Assembly (NCBI GenBank): GCA_965203295.1
Contig: CBDBCZ010000016.1
Coordinates: 608,001 to 672,000 of the forward strand
Origin: Nitrospirales bacterium
GTDB taxonomy: Bacteria; Nitrospirota; Nitrospiria; Nitrospirales; UBA8639
Direction: 5' to 3'
DNA length: 64,000 bases
Translations under genes and position numbers: made by a program
In this document: positions 29,301 through 41,300 of the stretch, piece by piece
Layout: each line of letters starts with the position of its first letter
Numbering within the stretch: the first letter of the stretch is position 1
Notes under the pieces: model-generated
Database searches by the model: none
What the model was told of the DNA's origin: nothing
What the model saw: the letters and a program-made list of their open reading frames with translations, nothing else

Positions 29301-32300
29301 AGTGTTGCTGGCAGACTGAAACGTGGAGAGTGTTACAGTGAAGATTACAATAAACTGTAAAACAGTATAGGACTATAGCCTAGCTCTTCACAGCCATAGC
29401 CTAGTGTACATATCATGTAAGTGAATGGCAGATTCTATTCTCAGCATGACTACTTGCATGTTCATACATAAGAAAGGTTCAATGTCAGTAAATGTGCACA
29501 CCACATTCTAACCGGAGGCAGTGACTCAGAGAGGAGAGACTACAAACAGCTGCTAGACCACAAAGGTAAGTTAGCACTGTAGCATGGCTACTTGCATGTT
29601 CACCATATTCTTACCAGAGGCAGTGACTCAGAGGAGAGACTACAAACAGCTGCTAGACCAAACAGCCTAGCTATACCACAGGTTACATGCAGGCGAACGG
29701 CACCGACTCCATTTAATGCACATCGACATGGTTAGCCTAGCATAGCAGTTAGATTTCTGCTTGGCTTTCACTTACAGGACTATACCGAAACTAACCTTTG
29801 TGTTAAAGTGCCTGACATCGCGAGACTAAGTCTTGTAGTCGCTGGAAAGAGCTAGCATCTTCTCGCACTTCACATACAGACACGTGGTACTTTGACCTGT
29901 GACCGTGAACTGGTCACAGGTCGAAGGTGCATCCGGGAGCGCGCGCATGCGGCTTCCGTTTCCGTTTTTCACACGTACGCACGCACGCACGCACGCACGC
30001 ACGCACGGACGGACGAACGAACCCACGGACACAACCAGGCGTAATAATAGATGTTGTGTCAGTTATGAAATACATACATACATCCAATATTTGATTGCCT
30101 GTGAATATGGCTAGTGTGATTTTTGTGTGTTATAATCAGCTGCAATCATTCATGCTCAGAGGAGGTGCGTCAAGGTTTAAATTATGCATCACGTCATGCA
30201 CAAGCGTGCACTATTAATTGCGTTCTTTTAGCTATTACGCATGCGTACAAGTGCAGTGGCAGCTAAAACCTCGATTTTCTCACTATCTTGCCGGGGGCTC
30301 AGAGGGGCTCAGCCGCTCAAAAGGCTTACTTTTTGAAGGCGAATATCATGGAGCTAAAGATCGGGCTTCACTGTAAGAGTATATCGGTAAGCCACTCGCT
30401 AGGAGTACGGTAGATGCCTACAATGATGGTAGAAAATATTGATTGCTGATTTGTAGCAGTCGTTAGCTGGAAAGCCCTTCGAAAAGGTGACGCACAAACG
30501 CACAATTTCTCTCTTGCAAGTAAAATCGCTCGATACCCTTACTGGTCATGTGACTAGTTGACTCCTAGCACGTGATGCTGACGTACCTCCTCTGATTCAT
30601 GCTGATGAACATGGCAATATTGGGGTGCTGAAGGGAGAGTTGAGTACGGTGGCCCTGGAGGTCACTCCACGTTCCATACTCTGATCACCACGTTCCAATA
30701 GTCCTCACTCCTCATTCCAATAGTCCTCACTCCTCATTCCAATAGTTCTCACTCCTCATTCCAATAGTCATCACTCCTCATTCCAATAGTTCTCACTCCT
30801 CATTCCAATAGTCATAACTCCTCATTCCAATAATCATCTCTCCTCATTCCAATAGTTCTCATTCCCCATCCCAATAGTTCTCACTTCTCATACCATACGT
30901 ACTTCCAAAATTATGAACTTTGAACTTTGATTCTCACTCCTCACTCCAATAGCTCTCGTTCGAATTCTAGTGGCGCGCACGCGTGCTGGTGTGGTGCAGA
31001 TACGTTATGATGTCATTCAATGTTCTTTAATTGGAATACAAAACGAATGGCAATGCTAGCTGCTTGTGCTACGACACTGTTGATGCTATGGATGTTCTTG
31101 ACAGTCCAGTGTGTCGCCTGCTTAAGCAGGAATGATTCCAGAGTGAACGGTAAAACAGTGACATACTTTTATATTTGTCTAGGAGAGTAAACTTGGACAG
31201 GCTTGGAGTCCGTTGAAGTAGCAAAGACTTAGCAGTAGCGTTATTAATACGGAAATCTCTTAATTCGTGTAGATTACCAAGTACTGATGGCAGTACAAGT
31301 ATGATATAATGGTGGTGTACCTCAGGCTGATGCATGGAGAAGCCATAGGGTACGTTAACCCAAGATCCTTTTTTCGCTTCTCAAACCAGGCCGTCCTGTT
31401 AATCTGAATAGATAGATCCTTAGATGAAGGCTGGGACAAGTAAAATTACCGCAACATATCCTATGGCTCCTCCATGCACCAACCTAGCCTCGTTCCCAGG
31501 CTCTCTGCCCAGCTTTTTTTCACACGTAGTAAAATAAGCTGGACAGAAAGTCTGGGAACGAGGGTAGCACCAACCTGAGATACGCCACAATTACACTATA
31601 TTTCTTTTACTGCCATCAGTACTTGGTAATCCGCCCTAATTAAGAAATTTCCATATTAACGCTACTGCTAAGTCTTTGCTACTTTGCTGCCTATCCTCCT
31701 ATATAAATTCAAAAGTATGCTGCTGTTTTACCGTTCACTGTGGGATCATTTCTACTTAAGCAGGCGACACACTGGACTGTTGACAACATCCATGCAGAAT
31801 CTTAGCACTGGCAGCTAGCATAGCACTATTTTTATATTCCAATTAATATCTACACCATGTTCCAGCGTGCGCGACACCATACTAGAACGAGCGCCATTGG
31901 AGTAAGGAGTAAGAAGCAAAGTTCAAAGTTTATCATTTTGGCAGCATGAGGCACGAAAATGAGGAGTGAGAACTATTGGAATGAGGAGTGAGGACTATTG
32001 GATTGAGGAGTGATGACTATTGGAATGAGGAGTGAGGACTATTGGAATGAAGAGTGAGAACTATTGGAATGAGGAGTGAGGACTATTGGAACGTGGTGAT
32101 GTGAGTATGGAACAAGGAGTGACCTCCAGGGCCACCGTAGTTGAGTCTATAGTGCAAGTTAGGTTCAATTCCCGTGTGAGGTCAGGTGCCTTGTGGAGTC
32201 TAATAATTGGATGTGAATATTGTATGGTGGTGTGTGTGCATGGCAGATTGAGAGTGTGGCGGTGCTTTTCAAATGCTCACACACTATGGCACAAATAACT

Positions 32301-35300
32301 TCGTTCCTGTAAACATACAGTTTGCACATGGCATACGTATCTGTGAATGATCTCAATCACATGGCATGGAGTAGTATGGATGCACTATGCATGTGGAAGA
32401 ACTAAAAAATTAGGATACCACACACGGTATGATGGGACAATGTGCAAATTTTAAGAAACTTTATGCATACATGTAGCTACACAAGTTTCTATCATAGGTC
32501 ACATGGTTGATGACTGGGTGTGCAGTTGAGTATGGGGGTGTGGTACAGATTGTGGTGGGTGTGGTTGGAAAGATGTAGGATGGTAGCTACGCGGTAAATG
32601 CATTGCGATGTGATGTGTGGGTAGTCTGCACATGCATTGCGGTGTGCATTGTTGCTTGTTTCATTGGTTTTGGGGTAGTGTTTTTTGGTGGAAGTTAATC
32701 CCTACATGACTTGTTTTTGCACTTTTTGCTATACACTGTAAGATATGGTGGCTAACAGAGTCATTTCTAATTCATCTTCATTGTTCGCCATTACGTATGC
32801 GAATTGACACCGGGAAGTCCTAAGCAATTCGACCCTCTCTGTTCACCACTAAGTGATTCGATCCTCACTGTTCACTGCTCACTGTTTACCGTTAAGCTAA
32901 GCAATTTGGCCCTAAGCCTTGATTCAGTGATTGGCTTTTAAATAAAGGGGCTGAACAAATGGGCTTTAAGCTACGTACGTATATAGATCACATGAAATCC
33001 TATCATGTCTGTGACTTCGTAAACTTGTTCAGCCATAGTTTAAAACATGACATAGATACTGACAATCGAGGTATGCTGTCTGAAATGTTACCGTCCTAAG
33101 CTGTAGAGTTCAGGGATGATTTTGATTCTGATCGGAATGAATTGCTTAGCTATGCCTTGAATAATACTCCTGAATTGCTTAGGGTCGAATCGCCTTTATT
33201 ACCTGTGAGTGGTGAATTGTGAGCTGAATAGTCACTGTGCACAGCACCTGAGCACTACCTGACATATTAGTTGTGGTTACTTTTTGGTCTGGTCTTGTGG
33301 CTAGCCAAATTCAAAAACTTACCACCATAGGTATTTATGATGACTGTGTATCCCACAGGGCTAAGTGTAAGAGTCAGAGGAAAAGAGCCAATGTATTCTT
33401 TAAACTACCAATGGGCACCCTTTAGTGAGAATCCCAAGCCCATTCCCTGGATAGACATCACAGAACGTGATATCACCTACCCCCACATCCGGTGCTATCA
33501 AATCAAAACAGATGGTGAAGACCTACCATTCCTCATATCAACCTTGGAGAGTGCCAATCATGCAGTAGCATTAATTCTTATTAACAATGACAACACTTAC
33601 CAGATTCATCCTAGTCTTGTCTCCCAGGATTGGAATGTTAACTTTCCAATTCTTGTTATCAAGTTTGAGACTGGTTGCTTTTTAAAAAAGCTTTTAAAGG
33701 ATCATGACAGAAATGCAGAAGCCAAAGTGGAAGCTATCACTCAAACAGCACAGTCTAAACCAGGTTTGTGATATGGTTGTGCAACTAATACCTAGTACTG
33801 TGTACATTCAATCATACTTCATTCTAATTTTGTAAGGAATTTTTGGACAAGCAGTACAGTCCATCAGCAATTGGTGCCATAACCGTCTTCAAAGCCAGAG
33901 TGATGCTAAACAAGAAAGTCTGGCAACAAGAATTGATGCATTGCTGTTTCCAGCCGGTGAACAGAGAATTGCAACACAAGATAGTTCACTTTTCAAGTCA
34001 GTAATGTCAGAGTTTTTTTACTTTGAAGAGGAGGTGAGACTATCCATAGAAAAATATTTACTTAGCCCCATCTCCAGGCCTTCCCTGCACACATGAAAAA
34101 CTAATTTGAAACAATGTAAAGTTAACCTCATTTACATTTTCATGTGTACAGGGAAGGCCTGGGATGAGGCTAACATTCACGGTGATTGATGACTTGCATA
34201 AATTTCTACATGTATGCAGGTTTGTGGCTCCTTCAAACAGTCTATGGCAAGTATGGTGTTTACAACACTTACATCAAAGTGCGAACAAAATTTCAAAGAA
34301 GACTTTCCCCTCTACATGGCTTTAGCTTATCGCACAAGCAGCATGTAAGTTGGAAATGGTGTTTGATGTGTATAATAATAGGAAGAATGTATGTAAATTA
34401 AGACTTAACCTGTTGTATAGTATTAGAATTCACTGTATCTAAATACCATAAACATGACTACAACCTAGCTCAATCCAGAGCAAGAGAGCAAGGTTTTACT
34501 GTACCTCATTTGCATTTTCAAGTGATGTTGATAGTACTATCAACATCACTGGCATTGGAATAAGTACTATCAACATCACTGGCATTGGAATAAGTACTAT
34601 CAACATCACTGGCATTGGAATAAGTACTATCAACATCACTGGCATTGGAATATACGGAAGTCCAGGGCAGACATCCAACTTCCACTTCTACCTTCCACTC
34701 TCCACCTTCCATTATCCAACTCCCACTTCTACCATGTCTCTAGTTACTATATAAAACTATAGTCACATGCCTAAAATTATGCAGTGATCTGAGGATCCCT
34801 CGCACTGGCGTCAATTATATTCAGAGCTTGCAGCCTTAGTGTGTACCGACACCGTTGCGATGGTGATTTCTGGTGTGGATGGAATTGGATAGGACTGTAA
34901 AAACCACTAAACAACAGAAGCGGGTGATTAAGAAATGGCGCATTGAACGGTTTCAGGACGAGGAAGTGAGACAGAAGTATCAGGAAGCCTTAAGTGTAGA
35001 AGTAGATGGGTTTCAAGGAAGGGTACGCCAATGGAAGACTCAGGGGTTGAGGGGATCAGAATTAGTGAAGGCAGTGGTTCAGGATTGGGAAGAGACAATC
35101 AAGAGGGTAGCATCAAAAGAAATTGGGGAAAAGGTGATAGTGTGTGGCAAAGCGGCGAGGTGGTGGGATGCTGAGATTAAAGAGAAGATTAGGTTGAGAA
35201 GGCAGGTTTATAAGGAGATTAGTAGTGGCAGGGAAGATAAATGGGGGGAGTATTACAAATTACGTTCAGAAATCAAGGAATTGGTATGTAAGAAAAAACT

Positions 35301-38300
35301 AGATAGTTGGAATGAGGTGATTGTAAAGGCTAGTAAAGATTTTTATGAAAATAGGAAAGAGTTCTGGGCATTTGTTGGCAGGACTTCAAAAGGTAGCCGT
35401 AAGGGTATTGCTTCTTTGAGGAGTACTTCAGGTTCATGTGTAACATTATGAAAGGTTGGGTACAGCATCTGTGGATGATCAGTTTGATGATAGTTGGAAA
35501 GAGCATATAGAAGAGAAAGTGACAGAGTATAGCGAAATATCTAGTTTGCAGAAGGATAAGGTTTCGGATAGAGGGATTAGTTATGCAGAAATTAAAAAGT
35601 GTTCTAAAAGCCTAAAAAATAATAGAACAGGAGGTAATGATGGGCTAGTTGGGGAGCTTTTTAAGTACGGTGGCAAAGGGATGGCTAATCTGTTGAAAGT
35701 CTTGTATGGGGTAGTTTGGACAGAGGAGAGTATTCCTAAGCAATGGAGACAAGGGTTAATTGTTAGCTTGTATAAGAAAGGTGATGCTGAGGACCCGGGT
35801 AATTACAGGGGCATTACACTATTGAATGTGGTAGGAAAGCTGTTTTGCAAGATTCTAAATAATCGCTTAGTAAGCAGATTAGAAGCAGAAAGGGCTCTTC
35901 ATGAGGGTCAGGCAGGATTTAGAGAGAAAAGGAGTTGTGTTGATAACATCTTTACTCTAAATGAAATTGTACAAGGTAGAATGAGGGAAGGAAAGCACAC
36001 TTATGCTTTTTTCTTGATGTTCAGAAAGCATTTGACACAGTTTGGCATGATGGTTTATGGTTTAAGTTATGGGAACTTGGGATTAGGGGTAGGATGTGGA
36101 GAGTGATTAAGAATATGTATGACATCACACAGAGTGCTGTTTTACTGGAGGGAGAAGTGTCTGAGCAATTCAATATAGGTCAGGGGGTGGCACAGGCTTG
36201 TAGTATGTCGCCTATCCTCTTTTCCATTTTTATTAATCAGTTGTTAGATGAGGTTGAGAAGGCTGGGGTTGGCATTACTGTTAAAAGGATGTTAAGGTTG
36301 GGGATCTGATGTTTGCTGATGATTTTGTAGGCTTAACTACTAATGCTGAGGACTTACAAACCTTGATTAATATAGTGCAGGGGTTTGTAATAAATGGAGG
36401 TTGAAATCTAACATAAAAAAGAGTGCTGTTATGGTATTTTCTAAACAGGTTAATACAGGTGCATGTACATGGAAGTGGGGAGATAAAGACATTCCAGCGG
36501 TTGTAAGTTACTGTTACTTGGGGATTGAATTTGCTAAGAATGGTTCATGGGATAGTCATGTACAGAAGGTAATAAATAAAGGAAAGAAAAAACTGAATCA
36601 ATTACATAGGTTTTTAAGTAATAGGAATATCAGTACCGTTGCAAGAAGGTTATTGTTAGTTTCGGTACTTCGCCCTACTTTAGAATATGGTAGTGAAGTG
36701 TGGGCTTGTAATAAAAGGCAGACAGCTTCCTTGGAATCTATTCAGCTAGGAGCAGCTAAAAAGATGCTTGGCTACTCTATGGTATTCGGATTGTTTCAAA
36801 ATTTATTGCAAAATTCACCCATCGTTAGCGCCAGATTTAGCGCTAGCGATAGAGCAAATCTGGCGCTAACGATGGGTGAATTTTGCAATGAATTTTGAAA
36901 CAATCCGAATGCCATACTACTCTTCTAAAACGTGTAATGAAGCAGTAAGGGGGGGATATGGGGTTAGAATCTTTGAAAGGCAGGAGGGATAGATGCAAAC
37001 TTAAGTGGCGGTATAAAGTCAATAATTTGAATGCTGAAAGATATCCTAGACTACTACTAGACAGTGAGTGGGAAGTGAAGCCGTGTAGGGGTAGGCAGAG
37101 GAAGACCTGGAGGAAAGTAATTAGTGAATTGTTGCTGCAGTTAAATCTAGACAGTCAGGAAATACTAGCTGAAGATTATAATGTAAACTTGTTTTTAGAG
37201 AGAGTAGATGAAGCATTGAGATGCAGAGAATATAAAGATTTTAATGATGGCTTAAATAGTAAAGTTAAACTTAGTCTTTACAAGTCTTTTTGTAAGGAAA
37301 TAGAATTTAAAAATTACTTGCAGGGGGTTGGGGATCCAGGAAAACGATTGTTGTTTAAGTTTAGGTCTGGTACTAATGGTCTGAATGAAGAGTTAGGAAG
37401 ACATCGGGGTAAAAATGATGATAGGCAGTGTAAGTTATGTGGGGATGAATATGAGAGTGTACGTAGTACATGTGTGCTCTGGGAGTGTCCTGCGTATGAT
37501 ACTATTAGAAGTACTTTCATGGAAGACTTAGACAAACTGTTGGGTGGAAGTTTTGAAGAGTTTAGTGCGCTCAATACTTTCGAGAGGACGGGCTTTGTTT
37601 TAGGGTGTGAGAATTGGGAAAGATATGATTTTAAGGCTTTATTAAGGCTATAGTTAAGAGTTTTATTTTATTAATCTGGGATACTAGGAAGAATAAATTA
37701 TATGGCGATCAGGATGGTAATGGTGAGACATCTGGTTGCTTTTGCTCTTGTCCTCTGACTGGAGATCTGTCAAGCTCCGCCTGCGTATGTGGGTGCGTGG
37801 TCAATGGCGTAAGCGCTACGGCAGCAACATGAGTATATTATTATTAGTCACATGCCTAAAGTGGAACTTGACAATGAATCTAAAATGGCCAGCAGACAAT
37901 ATTTCTACCACTGCTGGAATCTAGGCTGGCAAAATGCATTATAAAGAGTGGAATGTAGTACGGAAGCCCAGGGTGAACATCCAACTTCCACTTCTACCTT
38001 CCGCTCTCCACCTTCCATTTTCTCCTTATGTGATAGTATTTTGAATTTTCTACTTAATTTTTGCCACTTCCATTTTCTATTTTGCATATTCCACTCTTTA
38101 CAATGCATCTATGATCATTTGCCGTGTGTATAGCTACATACTTGATGTAGCTAGCTGCTGCAACTTTATCTTGAGTGTTAACATTATCACTAGCTACATA
38201 CATTATACAGGTTTTATTACCTTATGTGATGCCTATGGTTGTTGAGGAACCGCTGAATGACAGACGTTGTCAATCCGCAAAGAGAATAGTACACTATCAA

Positions 38301-41300
38301 ATCATTTCTATGTACGTATGGGTAGCTGGCTAGGCAGCTGCAGAAGGCCTGGAGAGTAAGAGATTCCTTCCATGTCTCTAGTTACTATACAAAACTATAG
38401 TCACATGCCTAAAGTGGAACTTGACAATGAATCTAAAATGGCCAGCAGACAATATTTCTACCATTGCAGGAATCTAGGCTGGCAAAATGTATTGTAAAGA
38501 GTGGAATATTCAAAATGGAAAATGGAAGTAGGAAAATAGAAAATTCAAAATACTATCACAGAAGGAGAAAATGGAAGGTGGAGAGTGGAAGTTAGAAGTG
38601 GAAGTTGGATGTCCGCCCTGGGCTTCCGTAGGAATAAGTACTATCAACATCACTGGTATTGGAATAACTAACAGTGCTCTAGTACAAAAGAACAATATTT
38701 GCGGCAAAAAGTACACATCGAAGAAATTTCAAGATGGAAATATAGCCCATCTATATACATTAAGTGCTGTGTTGATTTGGACAAAATTATTATCTTGTAA
38801 TTAAGTTATTGGCTCACATCAGGATACTTATCCTGAAGTGAGCCAGTGAAAGAATCGTGATGTGAGCAAGTGACCTAATAGCTGTATTCTCAGACAATGT
38901 TGATAGGTGCATACTTCTGTACACAATTTAGTGGAAGCCTTTTGTGGTATTCTGATGTTTGGAATTGTAGTACACTTTATGTATATACATTATGTTCTGC
39001 TTTTAGAAAGCAAGCTGACTACGAGTGTGAAGCTCTCCAGGGATTTGTGAATACCTGTATTAGGGGATTCGAAAATCTGAACAATTATTGTGTTACCACA
39101 ACACTGAAAGGTCTCTTTGAAAGGTATGTTGGAGAATTCCACTGCAGCTGCATATTGCTTGAATATGTGCACTTTCTACCATGCTAATTCAGGGATGACT
39201 TCATGGTTTGTATGAAGACCAAGCAGTCTTCTGTGATCGGTGCAGTTGAGCTAATTGGAAATGCATTCGATGGTCTCATGAGCAGAAGGACATCATGTCA
39301 AATATATTCTGCAATGTTATGGGGTAAGCACACATGACTATATATCAAATATGCTATGAGAAATAGTGAATAAATTTGGTGTTATTGCTCATAGGTACAA
39401 AATGTACATGGGGTCTGGCTGGCCACATTTGTCAGTGGCTATGGCTAAGCTTTAACAGCCAATAGTTCCGTATCTGTATGAAATAGCTACAATGTAGCAT
39501 AGCTAGTTTATTCTAAATGGCCTGCTCCAGATACCTATAAGTGATCACACGAGATACAAAGAGAGAGTTTCTTAATCACAGGAAATGAGAAATTATCCAT
39601 GTTTGTGCAAAAAGAAAATTTTGCTTTGCAACCTTTATGAAAACTGTTTAGTAGTTTTCTGGATCTGCCACTGCTGTAATGATGTAGGAAACATATAGTG
39701 GAGAAACTAGTCTAGCTGTTTTATATACTTTGTGTATGCATCAAGTAAATACGCTAGTCTATAGACCAGTATATTTGAAAAATATAAAAGTAGTACTGTT
39801 ATTCCTTTTGTTATACAGTCACAACCAGCCTGTACTTTTGTGTACGGAATAAAGTACAAGTGGAAAGTGCAGCTAGAATATGGCAAGAACAGTTATTGAA
39901 GGTCAGGCTGATATTACATTCACCATAATGCATAGCAACGAGGCTAATGCATATTTACATTCTAGTAAACAAGTCTGACATTACATGTCTAAAAACCAGC
40001 CGGGGAAACTTTCACCTACAATACACACAACTCAGCTCAGGCCAAGTTAACTGCTAGCCTCATTCCCAGGCTCTACTTCTCAGCTTTTTTCGCACGTAGT
40101 AAAATAAGTGGTCAGAGAGCCTGGTATATTTCGTCACGTGAATTGCGTTGGTTGCGTGATGTAGGTTGTGTGGTTTTGCTAAATCGAATTAAGCATGACG
40201 TATACGAGCACAGGCGCCTTTACGTTGCCGCCATGCGTACTAAAGCGTGTCGCCCTTACCAGCGACCGAAAATAGCGCTGCTCTTCGAAGAGACGGAGTT
40301 TTAATCGCTACAAAAGCGTGCACAGAACTCGGGCAGCATGAATGATGCCTCAGAAAACCGGAGACCCCGCGTCCAAGACTGCAGTCCGCACCCGGTGAGA
40401 CACTGTCAAGAGTCTGGCTGCGCGAGACTACTGAACAATGAAGAAACTGTGATGGTACGTTCGTTGAAACTCTGTTAGGTGTAGCTACTTACTGAACCTG
40501 CTTTTAATCATAATTTTAGTCCCAAGACAACCTGTAGATCCATATATAGCTATCTGGAGGTACACTCTAAATAATACACTATAAATGTAGGGCGATACGC
40601 TTTAGTACGCATGGCGGCAACGTAAAGGCGCCTTTGCTCGTATACATCACGCTTAATTCGATTTAGCAAAACCACACAACCTACGTCACGTAACCAACGC
40701 AATTCACGTGACAAAATACATATATACCAGGCTCTCTGACCGCTTTTTACTACGTGCGAAAAAAAGCTGGGAAGTAGAGCCTGGGAATGAGGCTAGCTAA
40801 CTGCAGCTGTAGAACTACAAATTATAGTAACTACTAATTATGCTACGGTAGGCATCCTGCAGAAACTGAGAAGTAATCGAACGCAGTACAGCGAAAGTGC
40901 CGAATGGGCAGTTTTGTCGTGCGCTTCCAGTTAGTAGCTATGCGTCCAGAAAACAAATTTTTACAGCTGCCTACCAGGTTTTCGTCATCTAGGCAACACA
41001 CAACTACCTTCATTTGCTGTAGCTTGGCCTACAAACCTCCAAAAGCTGCTCTATACCGCAGTTGCATAGTAACATATGACGTAATATATTGCGCACGTAA
41101 TAAGTGCGGACGCACAGACAAACAGACAGAAAAACGCGGAAAACGTAAAGCAATCTTGGGACCAGCCGTTTGCACGCTGCGCGCGCTCCGGCTGGTGAAA
41201 ATGCATATCCCACACCAACAAGTGAGAACCTGCTCTTTTAAAAGGCACAACTGCATACTGACTAAGCCTAACTTCAAGTCACTGCTTGTATGGATAGTAT

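Larger units (their letters stand above)
34653..38630. mobile_element. Composite IS3EU-like non-autonomous element (partial copy plus full copy 37959-38630) carrying a LINE
   Basis: Termini TACGGAAG..CTTCCGTA; 6-bp TSD GGAATA at 34647-34652 and 38631-38636. Confidence 0.75.

Noticed and set aside
30690..30890. 23-bp repeats as a CRISPR array
   Set aside because: Head-to-tail repeats without spacers, mirrored in the other arm of a foldback element
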